From NCBI GenBank assembly GCA_042216675.1, contig JBDGTS010000053.1, positions 1 to 17,428 of the forward strand: 17,428 bases of DNA, written 5' to 3'. This DNA comes from Halobacteriaceae archaeon (GTDB taxonomy: Archaea > Halobacteriota > Halobacteria > Halobacteriales > Halobacteriaceae). The translations under genes and the position numbers were made by a program. Below are positions 1-9,276 of this stretch, one piece after another. Position 1 is the stretch's first letter. Each line of letters starts with the position of its first letter. The notes below the pieces were generated by a model. The model saw only the letters and a program-made list of their open reading frames with translations. It did not search any database and had not been told where the DNA came from.

Positions 1-1347
1 GGCGTCTCGGTACTGCCGGCCGATTCTGTTCCCGGCGAACTGAATCACGTCCTCGTACATGCCGACGACTTCGTCACCGACGGCGGCGGCCCCGGCGTCC
101 CTGCCGGTCCCGAGGAACGTCGCGAACTCCCGTGCCGTGGCCTCGAACGTGGCGAGTGTCCGGGCGCTCGCGATGGAGGCCGCAGTGACCGGGACCGACA
201 CCCCGCCGTCCGCCGTCCTCACCGTCGCCGGCCCCTCGACGGCCGAGACGATACCGGCCGTCGGCGCGGTGAACGACACCGTCACCGTCGTCTCGCCGTT
301 CGCGCCCACGTCGAAAGGCGGCGTCGGGTCACAGCCGTACTCGACGAACCAGTAGTTCACCTCGCAGTCCGGCACCACCGCGAGGCCGGTCGGCGTGTCG
401 ATTTCGGAGACGCGGACCGACTCGTCCGCGCGGTTCTCGACGCTCAGCGACGTCGTCCGCGTCGTCCCGGCGACGGTCGTCCCGAAGTCGAGCGTCGAGG
501 GCGTCGTCGTCAGGGGAGACGGTTCCCGCACCGTGACCGTCTTCGTCACGTCGTCCGTGAGCGGGACGGTGACGGTCCGCCCGCGGACGGTCCGCGTGAT
601 TCGCTCGGTGACACGGAGCGACACAGGGTGGTCGCCGCCCTCGTCGAACGTGACGGTGGCGACGTCGCCCGTCGCGTCGACGGTGCCGTCGTCGCCGACG
701 TCCCAGTCGAAGGCCTCGATGGGAGCGTCCATCGGCGCGGACGCACGGGCGTCGAGCGTGACAGTCTCGCCGACGGCGGGATTCGTCGGCGAGTAGGAGA
801 ACGCCGCCGAGAGCGACGTCCCCGCGGCCGGAATCGGGACCGACGCGCTGGCGAACGGGTCGAGGCCCTCGACGTCACAGAGCGACGGTGCCGCCGCACC
901 GAACGACAGGTCCTCGGCGCCAGCCGGCAGTTCCGACGGGAGCGTGAACGTGACCGTGACGCGACGCTCCGAACCGGCAGGGAGCGAGTCCCATTCCCAC
1001 GAGACGGGGTCGTAGGCCGCGCCCGCGTCGGAGTGGTCGACGACGTTCTCGGTCGGGATGGGCGGCGGCGGGAGCATCCGCGAGCAGTCCCCCTGAACGT
1101 GACAGCAGGACGACGCGGCGTCGTGGTAGTCGAGGACGACCCGGAGCGACCGGTCGGTCTCGTTTCGCACCGTCACCGCGAGCGTCGCCTCCTCGCCCGG
1201 TCCGGACGGCACCTCGCCAACGAGCGACACGTCGAGCGAGAGCGCCTCGGCGGCGGCGCTCACCGTGGTCGTGGCGAGGGCACCGGCGCCGAGTGTGCCG
1301 GCAGACCCGCGAAGCAAGGCTCGGCGACGGAGCGACAGGTCCGACAT
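1..1347 (-). CDS. Tat-exported multidomain protein (PKD domain plus Ig-like/ASH-type domain), 3'-truncated by the window edge
   Basis: Hand-translated from ATG at 1347: MSDLSLRRRALLRGSAGTLGAGALATTTVSA (twin-arginine signal). No in-frame stop down to base 1 (449 codons). PKD-like segment AAFSYSPTNPAVGETVTLDARAS..IEAFDWDVGDDGTVDATG..TFDEGGDHPVSLRVT, then PSTLDFGTTVAGTTRTTSLSVEN..TVTVSFTAP. Absent from the ORF track because there is no stop in the window. Confidence 0.85.
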   Translation of the reverse strand, partial: MSDLSLRRRALLRGSAGTLGAGALATTTVSAAAEALSLDVSLVGEVPSGPGEEATLAVTVRNETDRSLRVVLDYHDAASSCCHVQGDCSRMLPPPPIPTENVVDHSDAGAAYDPVSWEWDSLPAGSERRVTVTFTLPSELPAGAEDLSFGAAAPSLCDVEGLDPFASASVPIPAAGTSLSAAFSYSPTNPAVGETVTLDARASAPMDAPIEAFDWDVGDDGTVDATGDVATVTFDEGGDHPVSLRVTERITRTVRGRTVTVPLTDDVTKTVTVREPSPLTTTPSTLDFGTTVAGTTRTTSLSVENRADESVRVSEIDTPTGLAVVPDCEVNYWFVEYGCDPTPPFDVGANGETTVTVSFTAPTAGIVSAVEGPATVRTADGGVSVPVTAASIASARTLATFEATAREFATFLGTGRDAGAAAVGDEVVGMYEDVIQFAGNRIGRQYRDA

Positions 1348-1433
1348 GTCGCAGCGGTGGCAGACGCGATCCTAAAGCGTGGCGTTCGCGAGCGACCGGC
1401 ACCCTTAATCGGGCACCGGCCCCACCGTCGCGC

Positions 1434-2732
1434 ATGGTTCTCATCGCCGACGCGACGCTCCCGGACGGGCGGACGCGGGACGTGCGCGTCGCCGACGGGC
1501 GCATCGACGCCGTGGGCGAGTCGCTCGACGGCGCCCCGGTGGTGGACGCGGCGGGCAGGCACCTCCTCCCCGGGATGATAGACGTCCACGTCCACTTCCG
1601 GCAACCCGGCGCCGCGCACAAGGAGACGTGGGCCACGGGGTCCCGGAGCGCCGCGGCCGGCGGCGTGACGACGGTGGTCGACCAGCCGAACACCGACCCG
1701 CCGACGGTGTCGGGCGCCGCCTACGACGAGAAGGCGGCCCTCGCGGCGGACTCGCTCGTGGACTACGGGCTGAACGGCGGCGTCACCGCCGACTGGGACC
1801 CCGACTCGCTGTTCGAGCGACCGCTGTTCGCACTCGGCGAGGTGTTCCTCGCGGACTCCACCGGCGACATGGGCATCGAGGCGGACCTGTTCCGCGCGGC
1901 CGCCGACCGCGCGGGCGAGGAGGACGTGCCGGTGACGGTCCACGCCGAGGACGCGGCCCTGTTCGACGAGGGCGCCCGGGACCGCGACGACGCCGACGCG
2001 TGGAGCGCTTATCGCACCGCCACCGCCGAGGCCGAAGCGGTCGAACGAGCACTCGACGTGGGCGAGGCGACGGACGCCCAGATTCACGTCGCACACACGA
2101 GCACCCCCGAAGGCATCGACGCCGCCGCCGCGGCGGGCGCGACGTGCGAGGTGACGCCCCACCACCTGTTCCTCTCGCGCGAGGACCTCTCGGAGTTGGG
2201 CACGTTCGGTCGGATGAACCCGCCGCTCCGGTCGGCGGAGCGCCGGGAGGCGGTGTTCGACCGGGTGGTCGACGGCACGGTGGACGTCATCGCGACGGAC
2301 CACGCGCCCCACACCCGCGCCGAGAAGGACGCGGACATCTGGGACGCGCCGAGCGGCGTGCCCGGCGTCGAGACGGCGCTCCCCCTCCTGCTTGCGGCCG
2401 TCGCGGACGGATCGCTCACTCTCAAACGGGTGCGGGACCTCACCGCCGCGAACCCCGCGACCATCTTCGATTTGCCGTCGAAGGGGCGCATCGAGGAAGG
2501 CCGCGACGCGGACCTCGTGCTGGTGGACCTCGATTCGACGCGTCCGATTCGGGGCGACGACCTGCACTCGAAGTGCGGGTGGACCCCCTTCGAGGGGTGG
2601 GACGGCGTCTTCCCGACGTGGACGATGCGCCGCGGGGACGTGGTGTACGCCGACGCGGACACGGCGCTCCCCGACGAGATTGCGCCCGAGGGGACCTTCG
2701 GCGCCCCGAACGGCGAGAACGTGCGCGACTAG
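1434..2732 (+). CDS. pyrC: Dihydroorotase (amidohydrolase superfamily)
   Basis: PGMIDVHVHFRQPG, AAAGGVTTVVDQPNT, VHAED, CEVTPHHL, MNPPLR, IATDHAPH, SGVPGVET, KGRIEEGRDADLV. ATG at 1434 with TATA-like CTTAAT about 27 bp upstream. Confidence 0.9.
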   Translation: MVLIADATLPDGRTRDVRVADGRIDAVGESLDGAPVVDAAGRHLLPGMIDVHVHFRQPGAAHKETWATGSRSAAAGGVTTVVDQPNTDPPTVSGAAYDEKAALAADSLVDYGLNGGVTADWDPDSLFERPLFALGEVFLADSTGDMGIEADLFRAAADRAGEEDVPVTVHAEDAALFDEGARDRDDADAWSAYRTATAEAEAVERALDVGEATDAQIHVAHTSTPEGIDAAAAAGATCEVTPHHLFLSREDLSELGTFGRMNPPLRSAERREAVFDRVVDGTVDVIATDHAPHTRAEKDADIWDAPSGVPGVETALPLLLAAVADGSLTLKRVRDLTAANPATIFDLPSKGRIEEGRDADLVLVDLDSTRPIRGDDLHSKCGWTPFEGWDGVFPTWTMRRGDVVYADADTALPDEIAPEGTFGAPNGENVRD

Positions 2733-3322
2733 TCGGACGGTTCGAACGCCGTGCCACAGTGGGGGCACTCCACGTCGCCGCCGTGGTCGTGGCGCAAGTC
2801 GTCGCTGGACTGGCGCACCTCCCGCATCACCTGCGAGATGCGCTCCTCGGCTTCGAGTTCCTCCTCGACGGAGAGGTCCACGCCCTCGACTTCCAGCAGG
2901 AACTTCGCGATTTCCGTCACCTCGTACATCAGGTCGTCGAGTTCGTCGGCGGTGAAGAAGTCCGACATCGCGCCGTAGAGGAAGGTGGCGCCGGCCTTCG
3001 TCACCTTGTCCTCGAAGGACGCGCGGGCCTGATTGACCGCCTGCGGCGTGTAGGTGTCGGTCATGAACGGCACCAACTCGGGGAGGTTCTCCCCGATTTT
3101 CGTCATCTCGACGCCCGTCTCCGTGCGGAAGTCCGCACAGAGGCGCGCGATGGCCCACTCACGAGCGGTGATGTACGTCCGGTCGCGCAGGAACTCGTTC
3201 ACCCGGTCGTACTGCGCGCCGTCCATCTTGGTGAAGCGCTCGTACTTCTGGACGTCCTCGGGGACCCCCGGTTGGGGGCCGTCGTCGGGCGGCGCGCCGC
3301 GTTCCGGCGTCTCGTCGGTCAT
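2729..3322 (-). CDS. Conserved haloarchaeal hypothetical protein (DUF5806-like, from memory) with C-terminal CPxCG motif
   Basis: Acidic ORF starting MTDETPERG at 3322 and ending VECPHCGTAFEPSD. The upstream extension in the ORF track runs through a repeat cluster and is not credible. Confidence 0.8.
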   Translation of the reverse strand: MTDETPERGAPPDDGPQPGVPEDVQKYERFTKMDGAQYDRVNEFLRDRTYITAREWAIARLCADFRTETGVEMTKIGENLPELVPFMTDTYTPQAVNQARASFEDKVTKAGATFLYGAMSDFFTADELDDLMYEVTEIAKFLLEVEGVDLSVEEELEAEERISQVMREVRQSSDDLRHDHGGDVECPHCGTAFEPSD

Positions 3323-3365
3323 ACCGCCGTCTTTTCGATGGGTGCGCAAAAGCGTGTCGGGGGCG

Positions 3366-3570
3366 CGGTTCGAAGTGAGCGTCAGCGAGCAAGAACCGGG
3401 AGAAGTGAGCGGGGAACGAAGTGACCCGCGAACAGGCCGTGGCCGAGCGAACGGAGTGAGTGAGACCACGTTACGCGAACGGGGAGCGTTGCGAGGCGCG
3501 AACGACGTGAGCGCCTCGATAGTGCGAGCAGGGAGCGATAGTGACCCGCGAGCGACAGCGACCCGTGAGC
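3366..3570. repeat. Cluster of short palindromic REP-like units with core GA(A/G)CG-N(2-3)-G(C/T)GA
   Basis: Cores at 3377 (GAGCGTCAGCGA), 3414 (GAACGAAGTGA), 3449 (GAACGGAGTGA), 3500 (GAACGACGTGA), 3533 (GAGCGATAGTGA) and 3550 (GAGCGACAGCGA). Several are flanked by inverted repeats, e.g. GCGGG/CCCGC and CGAGGCGC/GCGCCTCG (3492-3518). Confidence 0.75.
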
Positions 3571-3660
3571 GGGGGCGCGGTTCGGGGCGCCCCTGTCGCC
3601 GCGTCGCACACTCGGCGCCACCCCCAAACGCTTTTGCCGGCCAGCAATCACCCACCGAGC

Positions 3661-4017
3661 ATGAAGGTGCTCGTGGGCGTGGACGAAAGCGAGAACGCCG
3701 TCCGGGCGCTCGACTGGGCGCTCGACAGGGCGGCGGCCGCCGGCGACGAAGTCGCCGTCGTGGTCGTCGAGGACGGCGAGGAGGCCATCGAAGAGGAGGT
3801 CCGCGAGCGAATCGCGTCCGTCAACCGCGAAGTCGACGTGCGGACCGTCGGCGCGGCGGAGGCGGGGAGCACGCTGGTCGGCATCGCCGAACGGGAGGCG
3901 TTCGACGAAGTCGTGCTCGGCGGCGGGGAACGGAGCCCGATGGGGAAGATACGGCTCGGCGACATGCGCGAGTTCGTCATCCTGAACGCCGACGTGACGG
4001 TGACACTGGTCCGATGA
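3661..4017 (+). CDS. Universal stress protein (short USP)
   Basis: MKVLVGVDESENAVRALDWA; C-terminal VVLGGGERSPMGKIRLGD..VILNADVTVTLVR. Confidence 0.85.
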   Translation: MKVLVGVDESENAVRALDWALDRAAAAGDEVAVVVVEDGEEAIEEEVRERIASVNREVDVRTVGAAEAGSTLVGIAEREAFDEVVLGGGERSPMGKIRLGDMREFVILNADVTVTLVR

Positions 4018-4523
4018 GCGACGAGTCGCTCCCGCGGCCGCCCCGGACGTTCGAGGACCGCGAGGGGCGGGACATCACCATCCGAGCGCTGGCGGACGAC
4101 CCCACGGAACTGGAGGCGCTGGTGGCGATGTACGACGACTTCGACCCGGCCGACCGGGCGCAGGGGATTCCCCCCGTCGGCGAGAGCGCCGTGTGCGACT
4201 GGCTGGACACCCTGCTCGACGGCGAGAGCTACAACCTCGTCGCGTGGCACGGCGACGAGGCCGTCGGACACGCGACGCTCGTCGCCGACGGGGACCGGGG
4301 CTACGAACTCGCCATCTTCGTGTATCAGCCGTATCAGGGCGCCGGCATCGGGACGCGCCTGCTCCGCACGCTGTTGGGCCACGGCGAGGCGAACGGTGTC
4401 GAGACGGTGTGGCTCACCGTCGAGCGGTGGAACCGCCCTGCCATCGCGCTCTACGAGAAGGTGGGCTTCGAGACGAAGTCCAGCGAGAGCTTCGAGTTGG
4501 AGATGGAGCGCTCCTTAGACTGA
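4014..4523 (+). CDS. GNAT family N-acetyltransferase
   Basis: ATGA overlap with the upstream USP; acetyl-CoA motif YQGAGIG, plus WLTVERWNRPAIALYEKVGF. Confidence 0.88.
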   Translation: MSDESLPRPPRTFEDREGRDITIRALADDPTELEALVAMYDDFDPADRAQGIPPVGESAVCDWLDTLLDGESYNLVAWHGDEAVGHATLVADGDRGYELAIFVYQPYQGAGIGTRLLRTLLGHGEANGVETVWLTVERWNRPAIALYEKVGFETKSSESFELEMERSLD

Positions 4524-4964
4524 GAGGACCGGCTGCGAGGCGTACAGCAGGACGTACTCGGCGGCTTTCTCCAGCACGTCCGGGGTGCCACTCTCGGACG
4601 GTTCGCGCGGGATAACGATGAAGTCGGCTTCGAGGTCGTCGGCAACGTCGAGGATGACGCTCCCCGGATGCTGGGTCTTGCGACTGGTCGAGAAGCCGTA
4701 GGCCGTCGACCCGGTGGCCGTGACGCCCGCGTCGCTCGCCCGCTCTGCGACTTCCTCGACGAAGACGCGGTGGTCCGCGGCCACGTCGTCGCCGTCCACG
4801 TCGCCGGACTCGATGGCCCGGGTGACGCGCTCGCCCAGAACGTCGAGGACGTGGAGGTCCGCGTCGTAGCGATCCGCGACGGCGACTGCGTACTCGGTGG
4901 CCGCCCACGACTCGTCTGTCGCGTCGATGGGGGCCAGCACCGTCTCCACCTCGAAGGCGTCCAT
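4515..4964 (-). CDS. Universal stress protein
   Basis: VLAPIDATDESWAATEYAV..ADLHVLDV..PGSVILDVADDLEADFIVI..AEYVLLYASQPVLSV. Confidence 0.85.
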   Translation of the reverse strand: MDAFEVETVLAPIDATDESWAATEYAVAVADRYDADLHVLDVLGERVTRAIESGDVDGDDVAADHRVFVEEVAERASDAGVTATGSTAYGFSTSRKTQHPGSVILDVADDLEADFIVIPREPSESGTPDVLEKAAEYVLLYASQPVLSV

Positions 4965-5045
4965 ACTGGTCGCTACTGCGCGGGGAGGTGAAAAACCCGC
5001 GGGTCATCCCGTGGAGTTTTGTCCCCGCTGGGCGAATCCCGCGGT

Positions 5046-5477
5046 ATGTTCGACACGCTGGTCATCGCCACCGACGGCTCCGAGAGCGTGCGCCGGGCCG
5101 TCGAGGTCGCGCTGGACATCGCCGAGCGATTCGACGCGTCGGTCCACGCGCTCTACGTCGTCGACGAGGGCGAGGTGGAGTCGTCGCCGTCGGAACTTCG
5201 GGCGGACCTCGAGGACGCGCTTCGGGAGCGGGGCGAGACGGCGACGGCGCGCGTCCGGGACCGGGCCGAGCGGGACGTGGAGACGGCCGTGCGAGAGGGG
5301 CGACCCGCGAGCGCCATCTCGGGGTACGCTCGCGAGGTGGACGCCGACGTGGTGGCCGTCGGGACCCGGGGCCGCCACGGCGAAAACCGCTTTCTCGTGG
5401 GGAGCGTCGCCGAGCGCGTCGTGCGCTCCTGTCCGGTGCCGGTGTTGACGGTGCGCCAACTCGACGAATCGGAGTGA
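5046..5477 (+). CDS. Universal stress protein
   Basis: MFDTLVIATDGSES; GRPASAI..DADVVAVGTRGRHG..VGSVAERVVRSCPVPVLTV (ATP-binding-type USP motif). Confidence 0.92.
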   Translation: MFDTLVIATDGSESVRRAVEVALDIAERFDASVHALYVVDEGEVESSPSELRADLEDALRERGETATARVRDRAERDVETAVREGRPASAISGYAREVDADVVAVGTRGRHGENRFLVGSVAERVVRSCPVPVLTVRQLDESE

Positions 5478-5517
5478 GGACCACGGGCTTCTTTGCGGTT
5501 CGCGGCGAGGAGGGGCT

Positions 5518-6576
5518 ATGGACGCCGACGTCATCGACGACAGCGACCTGTCGCTGGAGCGGAAGTCACTGCTCCCCGGCACGGGATTCTTTCTGCCCGA
5601 CGAGGTAGCGGACGAGCGGAAAGACGAAGAAGTCGCCGAGCGAGCGGCGGGGGCGGGCGTCCTCGTCGTCGCTGACCCCGACGCCGACGGGTTGGCTTGC
5701 GCGGCCATCATCCGCGAGCAGTTCGGAGAGGGCGCGCTGATTCCGACCGGGCCACACGAACTCGCGGACGGCATCGCCCGCGCCGTCGAGTACGGCGAAC
5801 CCGGCGCTCGGGTGTTCGTCTGTGACCTCGCACCCGACGACTTCGGGCGCATCGAGGCGGACCTCGACGCCGCCGTCGAGAGCGCGAGCGAGGTGCGGTG
5901 GTTCGACCACCACCAGTGGGACGACGACGTGGCCCAGTCCGTCCGGGACGCGGGCGTGGACCTCCACGTCGGCGGCGAAGACGTCTGTACCGCCGACGTG
6001 GCCGCCGAGGCCTTCGAGGAGGTCCCCCGGCATCTGCTCGAACTCGCCGCAGTGACGCGGGACCACGACCTCTGGATCAAGGAGGACGCGCGGAGCGACG
6101 ACCTCGCGGACTACGCCATCTGGGTCGACGACGACGAGGAGTACGTCGAGACGGTCCGCGAACACGGCCCGGACCTCCCCGAGGACGTTCAGGAGTTCCT
6201 CGCGGAGCGCCGCATCGAGAAACAGCAACTCATCGACCGCGCGGTGGACAGAGCCGACATGGAGTCCGTCGGTGACCTCACGGTCGGGGTCACGTACGGC
6301 CGCTGTTCGCAGAACGAAGTCGCAGAAGCCCTCCGAGAACAGGGCGCCGACGCGGCCGTCATCGTGAAGCCGGCGGGGAGCGCCAGCATCCGCGGCACGG
6401 AGGACTTCGAGCGGTGTCACGAGGTGGCCGACCAAGTGAACGGCGGCGGGCATCCCAAGGCCGCCGGCTGTAAGCCCGACATCTACGACGACATGCTCGA
6501 CTACGCACAGCACTGGACGTCACAGGGCGCCGTCGCGAAGCGGGAGATTCTGCGCGCCTTCGAGAATCTGGACTAG
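5518..6576 (+). CDS. DHH family phosphoesterase with DHHA1 domain
   Basis: DHH motifs DPDADG, VCDL, FDHH; DHHA1 motif GGGHPKAAG. Confidence 0.9.
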   Translation: MDADVIDDSDLSLERKSLLPGTGFFLPDEVADERKDEEVAERAAGAGVLVVADPDADGLACAAIIREQFGEGALIPTGPHELADGIARAVEYGEPGARVFVCDLAPDDFGRIEADLDAAVESASEVRWFDHHQWDDDVAQSVRDAGVDLHVGGEDVCTADVAAEAFEEVPRHLLELAAVTRDHDLWIKEDARSDDLADYAIWVDDDEEYVETVREHGPDLPEDVQEFLAERRIEKQQLIDRAVDRADMESVGDLTVGVTYGRCSQNEVAEALREQGADAAVIVKPAGSASIRGTEDFERCHEVADQVNGGGHPKAAGCKPDIYDDMLDYAQHWTSQGAVAKREILRAFENLD

Positions 6577-6986
6577 TCGCCGGCGACCCAGCGCTCGGAG
6601 TAGTCGGTACCACACTCGCAGTGCGCGTAGGCGTGGACGACCGGCCCCTCGGCGTAGAGGCCGCCCACGTCCTCGTTTTGGGCTTCGACGAACGCGAAGA
6701 CGTACTCGGGCGTGTGCTCGGTATCCACGGGGCACTCGCCGTCGATCAGGTCACGCGACACGCTCGTCCGATTGTCGCCCGCCTGTCGCGCGAAGGCCAT
6801 CGGGTCGACGCCCGCGAGACGCTGGAACACCGAGCGACCGCTCTCGCCGTCGACGACGAGGAGCCACCCCTCGTCTGTGCGCTCGGCGGCGTCGCTCAGG
6901 TCGCCCTCGACGACAGCATCGTCGATGAAAATCGCCACGTCGTCGGGACGCTCGCCGGCGAGGAACGCCTCGCGGCGGGCCGACAT
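6573..6986 (-). CDS. Conserved haloarchaeal hypothetical protein (DUF5807-like, from memory), possible Zn-binding
   Basis: Acidic 137-aa ORF 2 bp downstream of rpS6e on the same strand; CP..H and HAYAHCECG Cys/His motifs. Confidence 0.8.
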   Translation of the reverse strand: MSARREAFLAGERPDDVAIFIDDAVVEGDLSDAAERTDEGWLLVVDGESGRSVFQRLAGVDPMAFARQAGDNRTSVSRDLIDGECPVDTEHTPEYVFAFVEAQNEDVGGLYAEGPVVHAYAHCECGTDYSERWVAGD

Positions 6987-6988
6987 CG

Positions 6989-7393
6989 TTACTCCTCGTC
7001 GGCGTCCTCGTCACCCTCGCCGAGGAGGGACTCGACGTCCTCCTCGCCGCGCTCGGAGATGGCGACGTTGAGTTGGGCGATTTCCTCGCTGACCTCGCGG
7101 CCGCGGACCGTGACGCGGCGGCGCTCGCCGTCACGCTGAGGGTTGAAGCCGGTGCCGCCGTCGAGAAGCACGTCGGTGAGGTCCGGACCGCTCACGTCGC
7201 CGCGCATCGGTCGGCCCGCCGTGTCGGAGCCGCCCGTGATTTCGACGGTGTAGCCGGGGAGACCGACGGCGTCGCCGTCGACCTCGTCGCCGACGTCGCG
7301 GCCGAGGAAGCGGTTCGCGTCCTGTCCGTCGATCTCGAACTGGTGCGAGGCCCCCGTCTCGGGGTCCGAGACGACGACTGCGAAGGTTGCCAT
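6989..7393 (-). CDS. rps6e: 30S ribosomal protein S6e
   Basis: [44 protein letters not shown], with acidic tail. Confidence 0.95.
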   Translation of the reverse strand: MATFAVVVSDPETGASHQFEIDGQDANRFLGRDVGDEVDGDAVGLPGYTVEITGGSDTAGRPMRGDVSGPDLTDVLLDGGTGFNPQRDGERRRVTVRGREVSEEIAQLNVAISERGEEDVESLLGEGDEDADEE

Positions 7394-7481
7394 GCGTGTG
7401 TTGAGCGCCGCGTGCCTCTAAAGAGCATCGAAACGCCGGCTCCGCCGTGGACTTAACCCCGACGCGCCCCGTAGGACGGCC

Positions 7482-7766
7482 GTGAACCGCGAGGTCCTGA
7501 TGTTGCTCCTCCGGCAGTCGTTCCCCGACAGCGACCCCGACCAGCGGCGGGTCGTGGCGCGACAGGCCGGGGACCTCGCCGATTCGGGCACCTACGACGC
7601 CGACGCGGGCGTGGCGCTGACGCCACAGACCATCGTGAAGAACCTCGCCGACGCGCCCGACGACCACGGCCTCGTCGAGCGCTGGAACTGGTGGATGGGG
7701 GCGTTAGACCTCGCTCACGACGGCTACGAGCGGTTCCGGGTGCGGCGCTGGGGACAGGAGTCTTAG
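7482..7766 (+). CDS. Small hypothetical protein
   Basis: GTG start with CTTAAC TATA-like box about 28 bp upstream; acidic, host-like codon usage; ERWNWWMGAL motif. Confidence 0.7.
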   Translation: MNREVLMLLLRQSFPDSDPDQRRVVARQAGDLADSGTYDADAGVALTPQTIVKNLADAPDDHGLVERWNWWMGALDLAHDGYERFRVRRWGQES

Positions 7767-7799
7767 GCCCCCGGCACCTCCGTCGAAGGGATGGCGCCG

Positions 7800-8750
7800 A
7801 TGCCGACAGTCGAACTCGGACGGACCGACACAGACGTGAGCGCACTCTGTCTGGGGACGATGTACTTCGGGAGCCGAATCGACCGCGCGGACGCGTTCGC
7901 GATGCTCGACCGCTACTACGAGGCGGGTGGGCGCTTCCTCGACACCGCCAACAACTACGCGACGTGGGTCGAAGGGTACGACGACCCCCGGAGCGAGCGG
8001 GTGGTCGGGGACTGGCTCGCGGACCGGGGCGTGCGCGACGAGATGGTCGTCGCGACGAAGATGGGGTACAATCCCGGCGACACGCCCCCGAGCCTCGCGC
8101 CGACGGACATCGAGCGGGAGGTGTCGGGGAGTCTCGACAGACTCGGCCTCGACACCGTCGACCTGCTGTACGCCCACGTGGACGACAGGGAGACGCCACA
8201 GACCGACACGATGCGGAAACTGGACGAACTCGTCGCCGACGGGCGCGTCCGCCACCTCGGCGCGAGCAACTGGACCGCGTGGCGGCTGGCGCGGGCGAAC
8301 CGCATCGCCGACGCCGAGGGACTGACCCGGTTCGAGTGCGTCCAGCCGCGCTTCTCGTATCTCATCCCGCACCGGGACGCCGACTTCGGCGCGCAGGTGC
8401 CGGCGACGGACGAACTCGTCGACTACTGCGAGGCGGCCGACCTCACACTGCTTCCCTACTCGCCGACGCTGCAGGGGCAGTACGGCCGCGACGACCGGTC
8501 GATTCCCGACGAGTACGTGACCAGCGAGAACCGAGTCAAGAACGCCATCGTCGACGACATCGCGGCCGAGAAGGGCGTCGGTGGCAATCAAGTCGTCCTC
8601 GCGTGGCTGTTGGGCCGCGACGCGCCGACGGTGCCCGTCGTCGGCTTCAGCACGATGGCACAGTTGGAGGCGAACCTCGCGAGCCTCGACGTCGACTTGA
8701 GCGGGGCGGAGCGCGAGCGACTGGACAGCGTCGAGTCTTACGGCGTCTGA
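7800..8750 (+). CDS. Aldo/keto reductase
   Basis: VSALCLGTMYFG, FLDTANNY, VVATK, DLLYAH, VRHLGASN, LLPYSPT, QLEANL. Start at 7800 (MPTVELG) or 7791. Confidence 0.92.
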   Translation: MPTVELGRTDTDVSALCLGTMYFGSRIDRADAFAMLDRYYEAGGRFLDTANNYATWVEGYDDPRSERVVGDWLADRGVRDEMVVATKMGYNPGDTPPSLAPTDIEREVSGSLDRLGLDTVDLLYAHVDDRETPQTDTMRKLDELVADGRVRHLGASNWTAWRLARANRIADAEGLTRFECVQPRFSYLIPHRDADFGAQVPATDELVDYCEAADLTLLPYSPTLQGQYGRDDRSIPDEYVTSENRVKNAIVDDIAAEKGVGGNQVVLAWLLGRDAPTVPVVGFSTMAQLEANLASLDVDLSGAERERLDSVESYGV

Positions 8751-8751
8751 G

Positions 8752-9276
8752 TCAGGCGAACTGCTCTCGCACCGTCTCGACTTTGGGCGCGGCGTGGAAC
8801 TGGCAGTAGGCGTCGTTCGGGTTCTTCGCGAAGTAGTCCTGATGGTACTCCTCGGCCTCGTAGAAGGCGTCGAGGGGTTCGATTTCCGTTACGATGGGGT
8901 CGTCGTAGGCGTCCGACGCGTCGAGGTTCTCGACGAACGCCGCCGCGGCCCGCCGCTGTGCGTCGTCGTGGTGGTAGATGGCCGAACGGTACTGCGACCC
9001 CACGTCGGGACCCTGCCGGTCCTCCGTCGTCGGGTCGTGGATCGTGAAGAAGACGGCGAGCACGTCCTCGTAGGTGAGTTCGGTCGGGTCGTAGTCGACC
9101 TGAACCACCTCCGCGTGGCCGGTGTCGCCGCTACACACCGCCTCGTAGGTCGGATTCTCGACGTGGCCGCCAGCGTAGCCGGACGTGGTGTCGACGACGC
9201 CGTCGAGTGCCTCGAAGGCGGCCTCGACGCACCAGAAACAGCCGCCGCCGACAGTCGCGGTTTCGGTGTCAGTCAT
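8752..9276 (-). CDS. msrA: Peptide-methionine (S)-S-oxide reductase
   Basis: GGGCFWC, SGYAGG, TGHAEVVQV, HDPT..RQGPDVGSQYRSAI, AEEYHQDY. Confidence 0.96.
   Translation of the reverse strand: MTDTETATVGGGCFWCVEAAFEALDGVVDTTSGYAGGHVENPTYEAVCSGDTGHAEVVQVDYDPTELTYEDVLAVFFTIHDPTTEDRQGPDVGSQYRSAIYHHDDAQRRAAAAFVENLDASDAYDDPIVTEIEPLDAFYEAEEYHQDYFAKNPNDAYCQFHAAPKVETVREQFA

Noticed and set aside
1260-3424. Long Arg/Gly/Pro-rich ORFs (632 aa minus, 598 aa plus) and similar ORFs across the window
   Set aside because: Shadow frames of real genes in GC-rich DNA; basic, motif-free and overlapping well-supported acidic proteins.
3054-4013. 489-aa N-terminally extended GNAT and extended starts of neighbouring genes
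   Set aside because: The extensions cross other genes and the repeat cluster; the ATGA coupling at 4014 gives the likely start.
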